64,000 bases of DNA, from assembly GCA_032249235.1 (NCBI GenBank), contig JAVVGF010000001.1, positions 1 through 64,000 of the forward strand, in the 5' to 3' direction. Position numbers and translations under genes: made by a program. The notes below the pieces were generated by a model. The model saw only the letters and a program-made list of their open reading frames with translations, made no database searches and had not been told where the DNA came from. Positions 29,752 through 40,430 of the stretch are shown here, piece by piece. Source of the stretch: Thermoproteota archaeon (lineage in GTDB: Archaea; Thermoproteota; Thermoprotei; Gearchaeales; Gearchaeaceae). Numbering within the stretch: position 1 is the stretch's first letter; every line of letters begins with the position of its first letter.

Positions 29752-30431
29752 GTAAAAGAGAGATTGTAATTCCAAGTTCACTATTATATAGCGGGAATGA
29801 TGTAAAGCCTAGTCTTACTACTTATAAATTGGGCTCAAATATCTACTCTAGTGTAATTGGTCTTTATGAAAGATCTGAAGGAAACGAAATTAAGGTGATA
29901 ACATTGAAAGGCAAGTATTATCCAAATGTTGGAGATAGAGTTATAGGCATAATAACAAAAGATTCAATTTTCTCTTGGTCTGTAGATATTAACTCTTTTG
30001 TTGAAGCTATTTTACCAGTTTCATTTGCAGTTAAAAAAAGAAAAGGAGAATTTACTGGAAATATTACTAAACTTTTAACTATCAACGATGTTATATACGC
30101 ACAAATCATTGATTTCGATAAGTTTAATCCTCCAATTTTATCTTTAAAAAAGAAAGGATTAGGCAAGATTAATTCAGGCTATCTTTTGAGTATAACCCCT
30201 GGGAAAATACCTAGATTAATAGGTAAAAAACACTCAATGATTAAGATGATTAAAGAAATGTTAGGAATTAACATAATAGTTGGAAAAAATGGAAGAATTG
30301 TTGCTTTGACTGATGATTTTAATAAAATTAAGATCCTTGAAGAAGTTATACAGAAAATAGAGTTCGAAGCCCATGTTCCAGGTTTAACAGATAGGATTAA
30401 GAATATGTTAGAAAGTAAATTATCAAAATAG
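29748..30431 (+). CDS. rrp4: Exosome RNA-binding protein Rrp4
   Basis: YYPNVGDRVIG, PRLIGKK, GKNGRI and EAHVPGLTDRI motifs. Confidence 0.93.
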   Translation: MSKREIVIPSSLLYSGNDVKPSLTTYKLGSNIYSSVIGLYERSEGNEIKVITLKGKYYPNVGDRVIGIITKDSIFSWSVDINSFVEAILPVSFAVKKRKGEFTGNITKLLTINDVIYAQIIDFDKFNPPILSLKKKGLGKINSGYLLSITPGKIPRLIGKKHSMIKMIKEMLGINIIVGKNGRIVALTDDFNKIKILEEVIQKIEFEAHVPGLTDRIKNMLESKLSK

Positions 30432-30433
30432 TT

Positions 30434-31147
30434 ATGTCGAGTTATAAAAGAGTTGATGGGAGAAATTATGATGAATTGAGACCAATTAAGGCTGAAGTAA
30501 GAGTTTTAAAAAATGCTGATGGTTCAGCTCTTTTTGAATTGGGAAACACTAAAGTAATAGCTGCAGTTTATGGCCCTAGAGAATTGCATTCGAAGCACAT
30601 TGCAGCTTCTTACGAAAGCTTAGTTAGAGTCAGGTATCATATGGTTCCTTTTTCTGTTAAAGAGAGAAAATCTCAACCTTTTACTCGTAGAGAAATAGAA
30701 ATATCGAAGGTAATAAAAGAAGCTTTGAGTGCATGCATAAGAAGGGAGTTGTTTCCTAGAAGTACTATCGATATTTATGTTGAAGTATTAAACGCAGACG
30801 GAAGCACTAGAGTGGCAAGTTTAAATGCAACAGCCTTAGCTTTAGCTGATGCAGGAGTTTTCATGTATGATTTGATAGCTGCAGTATCAGTAGGTAAAAT
30901 ACAAGGTCAGTTAATTGTTGATCTAAATGAATATGAAGATCAAAATTCTGAAGCTGATATTCCTGTTGCTTTTATGCCTTCTTTAAACAAAGTTGTTCTG
31001 CTACAAATGGATGGTATAATGACATATGAAGAGATGAAAGAAGCTTTGAAATTAGCAAGGAATGCTGCAGAAAAAATATATCAAATAGAAAAAGAATGTT
31101 TGAAAAGTTCTCTAGAATCAGTTTTGAAAGTTTACGGTTATTTGTAA
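30434..31147 (+). CDS. rrp41: Exosome catalytic subunit Rrp41
   Basis: RVDGR..ELRP, AVYGPRE and ADGSTR motifs. Confidence 0.95.
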   Translation: MSSYKRVDGRNYDELRPIKAEVRVLKNADGSALFELGNTKVIAAVYGPRELHSKHIAASYESLVRVRYHMVPFSVKERKSQPFTRREIEISKVIKEALSACIRRELFPRSTIDIYVEVLNADGSTRVASLNATALALADAGVFMYDLIAAVSVGKIQGQLIVDLNEYEDQNSEADIPVAFMPSLNKVVLLQMDGIMTYEEMKEALKLARNAAEKIYQIEKECLKSSLESVLKVYGYL

Positions 31148-31148
31148 C

Positions 31149-31976
31149 ATGGAAGGAATAAAATATAACATATTCATACCTAAGATAAGGCAAAAGTTCA
31201 TACTCAATGCGCTAAAAGAAAATAAAAGAATAGATAATAGAGCATTTAATGAGTATAGAGCAATTAAGATAAAATATGGTCATTTACCAAATGCTGATGG
31301 TTCTGCTGAAGTTAGTTTAGGAAATACGATTGTATTAGCTGGAGTTAAGATAGATGTTTCAAATCCTTTTCCATCAGAACCTGATAAAGGTATATTAATC
31401 GTCAACGCTGAATTTCCACCTGTTGCATCACCAGATTTTGAGCCAGGGCCTCCAGATGAAAATGCTATCGAATTGGCTAGAATCGTAGATAGAGGATTGA
31501 GAAAACCTGAAGTTGTAGATTTTTCAAGTCTTTGTATTATTCCAGGTCAAAAAGTTTACAGAATTTGGTTAGATATATATGCTTTAAATCATGATGGGAA
31601 TTTAGTCGATGCAGCTGGAATAGCTGCTGTTGTTGCACTAATGAATACAAAATACAGGAAATTTACTTATGTTCAAGATAAAGGCTTAGTAGATACAGGA
31701 GAAAAAGTTCAATTATCAATAAAGAACTTTCCAGTTTTCGTTACACATGCAAAAATAGGAGATCAAATAATCTTAGATCCTAACCTTGAAGAAGAAATGC
31801 TTGCAGACTGCAAAATAACGACGATAGTTTCTGAAGGAGGTCTCATAACTGGTATGCAGAAATCGGGCATAGGAAGTTTGACTCTTGAAGATATCGATAA
31901 GATTTTAATTGATTCAATTAATTTATATCAGAAAGTTAAAGAAAATATATTAAAAGAGGTAAACAGGAATGCCTAA
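31149..31976 (+). CDS. rrp42: Exosome subunit Rrp42
   Basis: FEPGPPDENAIELARIVDRG and HDGNLVDA motifs. Confidence 0.95.
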   Translation: MEGIKYNIFIPKIRQKFILNALKENKRIDNRAFNEYRAIKIKYGHLPNADGSAEVSLGNTIVLAGVKIDVSNPFPSEPDKGILIVNAEFPPVASPDFEPGPPDENAIELARIVDRGLRKPEVVDFSSLCIIPGQKVYRIWLDIYALNHDGNLVDAAGIAAVVALMNTKYRKFTYVQDKGLVDTGEKVQLSIKNFPVFVTHAKIGDQIILDPNLEEEMLADCKITTIVSEGGLITGMQKSGIGSLTLEDIDKILIDSINLYQKVKENILKEVNRNA

Positions 31977-32274
31977 AACTCCTTTCGGTCCAAGATATGG
32001 AGCGACATTAAGAAAAAGGTATGCTAAGATATGGCAAACTTATAAGTCTCCTAAAGTTTGTCCTAAATGCGAAAAAGAGGGATCTGTATATAGAATTAAA
32101 ATAGGTATTTGGGCATGCAAAAAATGCGGTACAAAATTCACAGGTGCTGCTTACAATATCTATAGCGAAATGGGTAGAATCGTGAAACTGAGAGCTGTTT
32201 TGCCAGTTGAAGAATTAAAGAAAACCAATGAATTTGCTGATAACAACATCGAGAAGACCCTCGAAGAGAACTAG
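31969..32274 (+). CDS. rpl37ae: 50S ribosomal protein L37Ae (eL43)
   Basis: FGPRYGATLRK and CPKC...GIWACKKCG.KFTGAAY motifs. Confidence 0.93.
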   Translation: MPKTPFGPRYGATLRKRYAKIWQTYKSPKVCPKCEKEGSVYRIKIGIWACKKCGTKFTGAAYNIYSEMGRIVKLRAVLPVEELKKTNEFADNNIEKTLEEN

Positions 32275-32746
32275 GAGTTTCATCAAAGATCTTGCTTTAA
32301 TTTTTGGAGGGGTAAAATTCAATAGAGGAAAATACAGTTTAGAAGAATTAATAGCAAGATTGGGAGATGAAGATAGACTTGTTGTAGTAGATACTAAAAA
32401 GGGGAATCCTAGTAGAATGCGTATATATGGAAAACATGGTCTTTTAAAGACTTATTTAATAAGAAAGGTTAAACTACTTAGGGAATTTAAAGATATAGAT
32501 TATAAAAAAATTAATAAGATATCAATATCAACAGATAACGAATTTTTAAAAAATTTTATAAATATTCTAAATATTAGAACAAATTCTAATAAAGATAGCT
32601 TGAAAATTGAAATAAATGAAAGTAAAGATGAAAAATTTCAAGAATACAAAGAATTTGTCCTTAAGAAGAACTCATATATATTAGGTCCTATATTTTTAAT
32701 CAAAGAAGCAAATGATAGAAGAAATAAAACTGGAAATCTTATATGA
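32228..32746 (+). CDS. Brix-domain ribosome biogenesis protein
   Basis: ITTSRRPSKRTRSF, NRGK and KGNP motifs. Confidence 0.88.
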   Translation: MNLLITTSRRPSKRTRSFIKDLALIFGGVKFNRGKYSLEELIARLGDEDRLVVVDTKKGNPSRMRIYGKHGLLKTYLIRKVKLLREFKDIDYKKINKISISTDNEFLKNFINILNIRTNSNKDSLKIEINESKDEKFQEYKEFVLKKNSYILGPIFLIKEANDRRNKTGNLI

Positions 32747-32966
32747 GGCAAAAAATAGAAGAGAAGCAGAACTAATTTATAATTCTCTTTTACCTGAATT
32801 TAAAAAAGGTTTTCCTGGATTATCTAGTTTTGAAATTTCTTTAAGCGAAAATAAGCTTTCTATCGTTTTAATAGGTAGAACAATTGCTAGAATTAGAGCG
32901 ATATTCAATGCAATAATGAGATGGCTTATAAGTATAGAAAATCTTAATGATATAATAGGGGTGTAA
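32712..32966 (+). CDS. pcc1: KEOPS complex subunit Pcc1
   Basis: IYNSLLPE...RAIFNAIMRW pattern; position between Brix and prefoldin. Confidence 0.78.
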   Translation: MIEEIKLEILYEAKNRREAELIYNSLLPEFKKGFPGLSSFEISLSENKLSIVLIGRTIARIRAIFNAIMRWLISIENLNDIIGV

Positions 32967-32969
32967 AAA

Positions 32970-33341
32970 TTGAGTCAACAATTGCCTCCTGAAATTCAAA
33001 ATTTGGTATTGAAAGCGAGGCAACTAGAGGAACAACTTAGATTAGTTGTAACAAGAAGACAACAGATAAAATTAGAATTGCTGGAGATTGAAAGTGTAAA
33101 GGAAGAGTTGGAAAAGCTACCTGATGATAGCGTTGTTCATAAGCAAGTAGGTAATGTTTTGATTAAGAAAGATAAGAAAAGTGTTTATGAAGAAATTAAT
33201 GATAGAAAGGAAACCTTGCAGCTTCAAGATCTAGCACTTGAAAAACAAGAAGCAAATTTAAGAAAACAATTTGAAAGCACTTCAAGAGAATTAGAAAATG
33301 CTATAAGAAGATACCAAAGTGGAGAAGGAGTAATTTCGTAG
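32970..33341 (+). CDS. pfdB: Prefoldin beta subunit
   Basis: QLPPEIQ and VHKQVGNVLIK motifs; coiled coils. Confidence 0.92.
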   Translation: MSQQLPPEIQNLVLKARQLEEQLRLVVTRRQQIKLELLEIESVKEELEKLPDDSVVHKQVGNVLIKKDKKSVYEEINDRKETLQLQDLALEKQEANLRKQFESTSRELENAIRRYQSGEGVIS

Positions 33342-33394
33342 CTACAAATTTTTTTGTTATATCTTAATAAATAAAGACCAATACTTTGTGTTTT

Positions 33395-34246
33395 ATGAGC
33401 TTAGTCGAATTCATAAATTTCAGTTTCAAGTATTCAAACTCAAACTTTTGGTCTCTTAAAAATATAAATCTAAAGATAGAAGAGGGTGAATTTGTTTTAA
33501 TTACAGGTCAAAGCGGTTGCGGTAAAACAACTTTATTGAGAAGTATAAACGGCTTAATACCTCATTATCATCAAGGAGATTATGAAGGTAAAGTTTTGCT
33601 TGACGGAAAAGAAGTTTCTAAGCATGAAGTATATGAATTAGCGAAGATAGCAGGCATAGTATTCCAAAATCCTGAAGATCAAATTTTCGCGATGACTGTG
33701 GAAAAAGAGATAGCTTTTGGCTTAGAAAACATGGGTTATGAAAGATCATACATGAGGAAAACTGTTGACGAAGTTATGGGATTGATGAGAATAGAGCATC
33801 TAAGATACAAACAGCCTTTCTTTTTAAGTGGTGGAGAACAACAAAAAGTTATTATTGCATCGATACTTGCTTTGAAACCTAAATTGCTTTTGTTAGATGA
33901 ACCCTTAAGTAGCCTAGATCCTATTTCTGCAAAATCTCTTGTTGAAGAACTTGCTAGACTAAATAAAGAATACAAAAAAACTATAATAATCGCTGAACAT
34001 AGGCTTGATCTTCTCTCGAAATATGCTAACAGGATAATAATTATGGAAAAAGGAGAGATTATTTTAGATAAAAGGATAGAAGATGTAATTTGCAAAATTG
34101 ATTTAGAATCGTTAGGAATTAATGAACCGTTGTTTGCTAAGTTTGTAAGAATTTTAGAAAACAAATATAAAATAAATTTAGGAAGATGTCTAAGCATTGA
34201 TGAATTAATTAGTAAATTTAATTATGAAAAAAATAATAGAATTTAA
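33395..34246 (+). CDS. ECF transporter ATPase EcfA1
   Basis: GQSGCGKTT, FQNPEDQ, LSGGEQQ and DEP motifs. Confidence 0.9.
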   Translation: MSLVEFINFSFKYSNSNFWSLKNINLKIEEGEFVLITGQSGCGKTTLLRSINGLIPHYHQGDYEGKVLLDGKEVSKHEVYELAKIAGIVFQNPEDQIFAMTVEKEIAFGLENMGYERSYMRKTVDEVMGLMRIEHLRYKQPFFLSGGEQQKVIIASILALKPKLLLLDEPLSSLDPISAKSLVEELARLNKEYKKTIIIAEHRLDLLSKYANRIIIMEKGEIILDKRIEDVICKIDLESLGINEPLFAKFVRILENKYKINLGRCLSIDELISKFNYEKNNRI

Positions 34247-35051
34247 AAAAGTTAGTTATAGATATCAATTTGAAGAAAAATTTGCGATTGAAGATATAAA
34301 TCTTGAAATTTATGAAGGTGAAGTTCTTGCAATAATTGGTTCTAACGGAGCTGGCAAAACTACGCTCATTAAGCATATGAATGGTCTTTTAAAGCCAACA
34401 ATAGGTGATGTTTATGTAGAAGGTTTAAATACAAAGAATGTTACTGTTGCTGAATTATCAAGAAAAGTAGGTATCGTATTTCAAAATGCTGATTATCAAC
34501 TGTTTGCTCAAACGGTTTACGATGAAATAGCCTTTGCATTAAAGAATTTCGGCTTTGAAGAAGAAGAGATAAAAAAACGAGTTGATAACGTGCTTGAATA
34601 TTTTTCTTTAAAACAATATGTTGAAAATTCACCATTACTATTAAGTGGAGGTGAAAAAAAGAGGGTTGCTTTAGCTTCTGTCTTGGTTTATGATCCTAAA
34701 GTGCTTATTTTAGATGAGCCTACAATTGGATTAGACTTTGTACAAAAAAAGAATTTGAAAAACTTGATTAGCGATATGAAAAACAGGAATAAAACAATTA
34801 TCATTGTAACCCATGATCTAGATTTCGTTGCTGAAATTGCAGAAAGAGTAGTTGTGATGAAAAATGGAAGGATATTGCGCATTGATAGTTCTAGAGAAAT
34901 ATTTTATGATGAAGATTTGCTTACAAACGCTGATTTAATTACCCCTTCAATTGTTAGAATTACAAAGGGTTTAGGAATTAAAGACAAACTATTAAGCTTA
35001 GATGAAGTTTTAGAGAGGATAGATTTTGTAATAAGAAATGTTCAGGGCTGA
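34224..35051 (+). CDS. ECF transporter ATPase EcfA2
   Basis: GSNGAGKTT, LSGGEKKR and DEPT motifs. Confidence 0.9.
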   Translation: MKKIIEFKKVSYRYQFEEKFAIEDINLEIYEGEVLAIIGSNGAGKTTLIKHMNGLLKPTIGDVYVEGLNTKNVTVAELSRKVGIVFQNADYQLFAQTVYDEIAFALKNFGFEEEEIKKRVDNVLEYFSLKQYVENSPLLLSGGEKKRVALASVLVYDPKVLILDEPTIGLDFVQKKNLKNLISDMKNRNKTIIIVTHDLDFVAEIAERVVVMKNGRILRIDSSREIFYDEDLLTNADLITPSIVRITKGLGIKDKLLSLDEVLERIDFVIRNVQG

Positions 35052-35748
35052 ATATTTCTTTTATAGAAGTAAGAATTCCTTCATCCATAAACTCGATCCT
35101 AGATCGAAATTAATCTATGTAATAATAATGTTTATATTGGCGTTGGCTAGAGGAGATTTGATATATTTGTTGATTGTTTTCATTATATCACTAATACCTA
35201 TATTTTTAGGTAAGATATTTCATAACTTCCTAGCATCGCTTAGAGCTTCAATATTTTTTATTTTACTTATTATATTCATTAATTATATATTTAGTTTTAA
35301 TATATATTTAGCAATCTCTTTGGCTCTTCGTTTTCTTATATTAATATCATCTTTTATAGTCTTTTCAATAACTACTTCGCCAGACGACTTAGCTTTAGCT
35401 CTTTATAGGATGCGTTTTCCTTATGATTTCGTTTTAACTTTTAATTTATCCGTTCGCTTTATACCAACAGTCTTTCGCGATGCTATTAATATAATCGATG
35501 CACAAAGATCTAGAGGTCTTGAAACACAGAAAGGATTTTTGAAGAGGATAAGAAACTATTTGCCAGTAATAATTCCTTTAATAGTTGTGGGAATAAGAAG
35601 AGCTATAAATGTAGCAGAATCAATGGAAGCAAGAGGTTTTGGCGCTACGAAAAAACCTACCACGTTATATGAACTTAAGTTTACATTAATAGATTATTTT
35701 TTCATCATCTCTTCTCTTCTTTTATTTTCTCTTATCTTTTTGATTTGA
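35038..35748 (+). CDS. ecfT: ECF transporter T component
   Basis: HKLDPRSK, AQRSRG and MEARGF motifs. Confidence 0.9.
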   Translation: MFRAEYFFYRSKNSFIHKLDPRSKLIYVIIMFILALARGDLIYLLIVFIISLIPIFLGKIFHNFLASLRASIFFILLIIFINYIFSFNIYLAISLALRFLILISSFIVFSITTSPDDLALALYRMRFPYDFVLTFNLSVRFIPTVFRDAINIIDAQRSRGLETQKGFLKRIRNYLPVIIPLIVVGIRRAINVAESMEARGFGATKKPTTLYELKFTLIDYFFIISSLLLFSLIFLI

Positions 35749-35791
35749 GATGAGAATAATGTTAATATATAAATAATTCATAATAAAAAGG

Positions 35792-36841
35792 ATGAAACCG
35801 AATCAAAATGTAGCCATAATAGGCTATGGCGGTTATGTTCCTTTGAGAAGGATTAAAGCCAGTGAGATTGCAAGGATTTGGGGTAAAAGTGATCGTGCAC
35901 TTCCTATTGAAGAAAAATCTGTTGCATATATCGATGAAGATACTGCAACGATGGCCGTCGAAGCAAGTCTTAATGCATTAAAAAGGGCTAGAATAGATCC
36001 ATCAGAAATAGGTGCGGTATTTGTTGGTACGGAATCAAAAATTTATACAGTCAAGCCCACATCTACAGTTGTAGCTGAAGCTTTAGGGATAACTCCTGCT
36101 ACGTTAGCATCTGATTATGAGTTTGCATGTAAAGCAGGTACCGAAGCTATACAAACATCGATCGGCTTAGTCGCTTCAGGAATGGTGAAATATGCTTTAG
36201 CAATTGGCTCAGATATAGCTCGGGGAAGACCAGGTGATGAACTTGAATATACAGCTGGTGCGGGCGCTGCAGCTTTCATACTTGCTAGAAGTGGTATTCA
36301 TGATGAAATAGCTGTAATAGAAGGTAGTGTTTCTTATGTTACTGATACGCCAGATTTCTGGCGAAGAGAAGGACAAATATATCCAATGCATTATTACAGA
36401 TTTACAGGAGAACCAGCATATTTTAATCATATTAGGAATGCTGTTTTGAGATTGATGGATAATTTAGGATTAAAGCCATCAGATTTCAATCATGTTGTTT
36501 TTCATCAACCAAATGCAAAATTTCCTCAAGAAGTTGCTAGATCTTTAGGTTTCAAACCTGAACAATATAAGACAGGATTACTCGTTCCTTTGATAGGTAA
36601 TACATATGCGGCTGCATCATTATTAGGCTTAGCTGCAGCATTGGATGTTTCAAAACCTGGAGAAAGAATACTCGTAGCCTCTTTCGGTTCTGGAGCAGGA
36701 AGCGATGCTATTTCTTTAGTTGTTAAAGATGGGATAGAGAAAGTTAGAGACTTAGCACCTAAAATAATGGACTACATTTCAAAAAGAATCTATGTTGACT
36801 ATGCATTATATGCGAAATATAGGAATAAATTCAATGAGTGA
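35792..36841 (+). CDS. Hydroxymethylglutaryl-CoA synthase
   Basis: DEDTATMA, EFACKAGT, FHQPN, GNTY and SFGSGAGSD motifs. Confidence 0.95.
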   Translation: MKPNQNVAIIGYGGYVPLRRIKASEIARIWGKSDRALPIEEKSVAYIDEDTATMAVEASLNALKRARIDPSEIGAVFVGTESKIYTVKPTSTVVAEALGITPATLASDYEFACKAGTEAIQTSIGLVASGMVKYALAIGSDIARGRPGDELEYTAGAGAAAFILARSGIHDEIAVIEGSVSYVTDTPDFWRREGQIYPMHYYRFTGEPAYFNHIRNAVLRLMDNLGLKPSDFNHVVFHQPNAKFPQEVARSLGFKPEQYKTGLLVPLIGNTYAAASLLGLAAALDVSKPGERILVASFGSGAGSDAISLVVKDGIEKVRDLAPKIMDYISKRIYVDYALYAKYRNKFNE

Positions 36842-37992
36842 AAGTGAGCGAGGTTTATATAACCGGTATAGGCTATACACAAATTTCTGAGCATTGGAAT
36901 AAATCTATAAAACAACTGGCCTTAGAAGCTAGTATCAATGCAATAAAAGATTCAAATTATTTGAAGCCTGATGTTATTATAGTATCATGTTCTCTTTCAA
37001 GTTTTTTGCAACAACAAGAATCACTAAGCAATTTATTAAGAGACTACCTAGGTTTTACGAAATTACCTAATATAAGAATCGAAGCAGGCGAATGCTCAGG
37101 GGCTGCAGCTTTAGAAATCGCATCTAGTATGATAGAAAGCGGAAGATACAAAAACATATTAGTCATAGGTGTAGAAAAACCATCAGATAGATTGCCTCAA
37201 GAATATAATGCGGCATTATCTTCTCTGCAAGATCGAGATTATTATTATTATAATGGAATAACGCATGCTTCATTATTTGCATTAATTTATAAAATGTACA
37301 TGAAAAAATACGGTTTGAAACAAGAAGATATTGCTTCTTTTGCTGTTCATGATCATAAAATGGCCTTGAATGTCGATTACGCACAATATAGATTTTCTTT
37401 AAGCATTGATAGGATTTTATCTTCTCCCATCGTTGCCGAACCTATAAGATTGTTTGAAATATTTCCTACTTCTGATGGTGCAGCTGCAGTTATGATATCC
37501 TCAAAAGATCAAGTTGAAAATAAAGATTATGCTATAAAGCTTGATGCTATAACTTCAGCAAGTGACATAAATTTTGTATACAGGAATGATTTTCTAACTT
37601 TCTACTCGCTTCAATATGCTTTTGAAGAATTAAGGAAAAAGTCAAAAATAGCTAAAAGCGACATAAATTTCTTAGAAATTCATGATTCCTATACTATTGC
37701 TGCTCCTCTTATTATTGAAAATTTAGGCTTTGCAGATAAAAATGAAGCATGTCGAATGTTAAAAGAAGGAGAATTCGAAAAAGACGGAAGTCTACCTTTA
37801 AATCCTAGCGGAGGCCTTAAGGCTAGAGGGCATCCTATAGGAGCTACACCTTTATATCAAGTATGCGAAGCTGTTCTTCAATTAAGGGGTAAGGCATCGA
37901 ATCAGGTTAAGAATGCAGAGGTTGGCTTAGTTCAATCAATGAATAACGTAGCTGATCAATCTTATTTAATTTTATTGAGGAGATATAAATGA
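36838..37992 (+). CDS. Acetoacetyl-CoA thiolase family protein (atypical active-site motifs)
   Basis: SDGAAA, EIHD and NPSGGLKARGHPIGAT motifs; lies between HMGS and DUF35. Confidence 0.88.
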   Translation: MKVSEVYITGIGYTQISEHWNKSIKQLALEASINAIKDSNYLKPDVIIVSCSLSSFLQQQESLSNLLRDYLGFTKLPNIRIEAGECSGAAALEIASSMIESGRYKNILVIGVEKPSDRLPQEYNAALSSLQDRDYYYYNGITHASLFALIYKMYMKKYGLKQEDIASFAVHDHKMALNVDYAQYRFSLSIDRILSSPIVAEPIRLFEIFPTSDGAAAVMISSKDQVENKDYAIKLDAITSASDINFVYRNDFLTFYSLQYAFEELRKKSKIAKSDINFLEIHDSYTIAAPLIIENLGFADKNEACRMLKEGEFEKDGSLPLNPSGGLKARGHPIGATPLYQVCEAVLQLRGKASNQVKNAEVGLVQSMNNVADQSYLILLRRYK

Positions 37993-38381
37993 GCGCTCCT
38001 TCATACTGGAGGGAAAAAGTATATAGATATAGGCTTATCGCTACATATTGCGAGAACTGCAACAAGAAGTTTTATCCTCCAAGACCTATTTGTTTATATT
38101 GCAATAATCAAAATCTTAAAGAAGTAAAATTACCTAACACGGGCACTCTTCTCGAATATACACAAGTTTTTCAAACATTTCCTGAATTCTCAAAGCTTGC
38201 ACCTTATTATCTTGGCTTAATAAAATTGGATGATGGAACAATTATAGTTGCTCAATTGACAGACGTTGAACGTTCAGAACTTAAAGAAGGAATAAGAGTT
38301 GAAGCTGTTTTTAGGAAGATGTATGAAGATGGCGAAGCAGGATTAATTTATTATGGCATAAAATTTAGACCTTTAGCTTGA
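37989..38381 (+). CDS. DUF35 Zn-ribbon/OB-fold scaffold protein
   Basis: CENC..FYPPR..CLYC and YGIKFRP motifs. Confidence 0.92.
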   Translation: MSAPSYWREKVYRYRLIATYCENCNKKFYPPRPICLYCNNQNLKEVKLPNTGTLLEYTQVFQTFPEFSKLAPYYLGLIKLDDGTIIVAQLTDVERSELKEGIRVEAVFRKMYEDGEAGLIYYGIKFRPLA

Positions 38382-39287
38382 GAGGTATAAAGGTTTAATA
38401 AAATCATTGTGATCTTGAATAACAATTCTATATTCTCCTTCTTTTCCTTTTTCTAAATTTCCTCTAACTAAAGCTATTTCTCCTTTTTTAAGCATCTCGC
38501 AGTATCTAAGTTTAAAGGAAACTATCGTGTATTCTTCGCTGTTTTTACTTCTAGCTGAATAAACAGATGGGAAGAAGAAACTTTTTGAATCGTTAATTAT
38601 TTCAATTTCAATTTCTTTTTTACCGAGAATTCTACTAGGTTCCAAATTTTTTCTCAAAATAAATTTTAAAGAATATATTCTGTCTTTAAACCTTCCTTCG
38701 ATTATTTTTCTTCTTTCTAATAGTTCAAATAAAGGAAATTCTATTATATTTGTTAACTCTCGTTCTTGGTATAGCTTAATCAAATCTTCTCTACTAAGAG
38801 GCATTAATATACCTCTTTCTCTGAGATTTTTTAAAGCTTTATAAACAATTTCAGGGTTTTTTCCATAGTATGCAATATCCATGTCTGAATCCTCTTTATG
38901 TAAACCAACAAGTATAGAACCTCCTATTCCAAAATTTCCCAATTCTTCTTTAGCTTCACTTGCGATTAGTTCGACAAATTCTTTAACTACTTTTTCAACA
39001 TCATCATTAGGTTCCTTGAAGATTCTTTTTAATTTTGCAATAGGATTATAATATACTTTAATCTGGCTTTTTTCGAGAATAATTGCTTCCCTTTTCAAAT
39101 ATTTTGACTTTTTTGTAATATTATAATCAACTTTTTTAATAAATTCTTCTATATTTTTTATTTTATGATATTTTTCATTTTCTTTTATATATTTTGGTAA
39201 AACAAATAATTCATCATATTTTGGATTATAGTAGATTACATAATATATATTATCATATTTATCTTTTATAGCTGCTAATTCTAGCAT
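38373..39287 (-). CDS. Predicted nucleotidyltransferase (COG1665-like)
   Basis: GIGGSILVGLH..SDMDI motif; C-terminal OB-like VRGNLE. Confidence 0.75.
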   Translation of the reverse strand: MLELAAIKDKYDNIYYVIYYNPKYDELFVLPKYIKENEKYHKIKNIEEFIKKVDYNITKKSKYLKREAIILEKSQIKVYYNPIAKLKRIFKEPNDDVEKVVKEFVELIASEAKEELGNFGIGGSILVGLHKEDSDMDIAYYGKNPEIVYKALKNLRERGILMPLSREDLIKLYQERELTNIIEFPLFELLERRKIIEGRFKDRIYSLKFILRKNLEPSRILGKKEIEIEIINDSKSFFFPSVYSARSKNSEEYTIVSFKLRYCEMLKKGEIALVRGNLEKGKEGEYRIVIQDHNDFIKPLYLSS

Positions 39288-40366
39288 TATTTTTTAAAGA
39301 AAGGAGGTTCTTGAATTCTTGCATCATAGAATTTATCTCTAATCTTAATCTGTATTGTTCCTCCAAGATAAAAATAATTTGCTTTAATGTAACCCATCGC
39401 TATTCCTTTTCCTTGACTAGGTGAATAACCTCCGCTAGTTATTTTACCTATCATTTTTTTACCTGCATATACTTCGGAGCCTTTTCTAGGTAGAGGTCCC
39501 TTATCTTTCATGATAAAACAAGCCCTAATTACATCTACTCCTTCTTCAATAATCTCTTCTATTGCTTTTTTACCAATATATTCACCTTTATTCAATGAAA
39601 AAATCCAATATCTTGCTCTTATTGGATCTATTTCCTCATTTATTTCATTACCATAAAGCAAAAAACCTGCTTCTAATCTTAATATATCTCTACTAACGAT
39701 ACCGCATGGTTTGATTCCATTATTTACAAAGTTTAACCATAATTTCTTACCCTCTTCAATACCTGTTATTATTTCAAAGCCGTTTTCTCCAGTCCATCCA
39801 CTTTTGCTTATTAATAGAGTCTTAACGCCCATTATTTCGTAATCTTTAAGAAAGCTTTCTCGCTCGAGATTTAAGGGTAGGAATTCTAATTTCTCTATTT
39901 TTCTGCCTTGAATTGCAAGCATTGCAGTTTTTAAAGTTATATCCTCAACTTCAACATTGCAATTTAAAAGTTTCGACTTTTCTTTAATCCAGTTCAATAC
40001 TTTTATCCTATTAATTGCATTGCATACTATTATAAATTCCTCTTCTTCGAGCATGAATAAGGATAAGTCATCTATAAATCCTCCTTTTTCATTAAGCATG
40101 GCTGCCGGAATGATTATTTTACCTGGTTTTAGCTTCAAAACATTTTTAGTTATGAGATAATCAAGTAAATGCTTTGAATCTTTTCCTTTAACTATTATTC
40201 TTCCCATATGAGAAACATCAAATACTCCCATCTCATTTCTAACAGCGAGACTTTCTTCTATTGAATTTGTAAAGCTCAATGCTACTTCCCATCCTGCAAA
40301 CTCTCCAATTTCTGCTTTTTTACTAACATGTATTTCTTTAAGAGGCGAAGGAATTAAGTTTTCCAT
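39287..40366 (-). CDS. gcvT: Glycine cleavage system T protein
   Basis: EFAGW, FDVSHMG, GWTGENGFE, RLEAG and ITSGGYSP motifs. Confidence 0.93.
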   Translation of the reverse strand: MENLIPSPLKEIHVSKKAEIGEFAGWEVALSFTNSIEESLAVRNEMGVFDVSHMGRIIVKGKDSKHLLDYLITKNVLKLKPGKIIIPAAMLNEKGGFIDDLSLFMLEEEEFIIVCNAINRIKVLNWIKEKSKLLNCNVEVEDITLKTAMLAIQGRKIEKLEFLPLNLERESFLKDYEIMGVKTLLISKSGWTGENGFEIITGIEEGKKLWLNFVNNGIKPCGIVSRDILRLEAGFLLYGNEINEEIDPIRARYWIFSLNKGEYIGKKAIEEIIEEGVDVIRACFIMKDKGPLPRKGSEVYAGKKMIGKITSGGYSPSQGKGIAMGYIKANYFYLGGTIQIKIRDKFYDARIQEPPFFKK

Positions 40367-40430
40367 TATGAAAAGAAGGATTTTGTTCGATTTAACTTTA
40401 TTAACCTTTTTTTAATTACTAAAAAATAGT

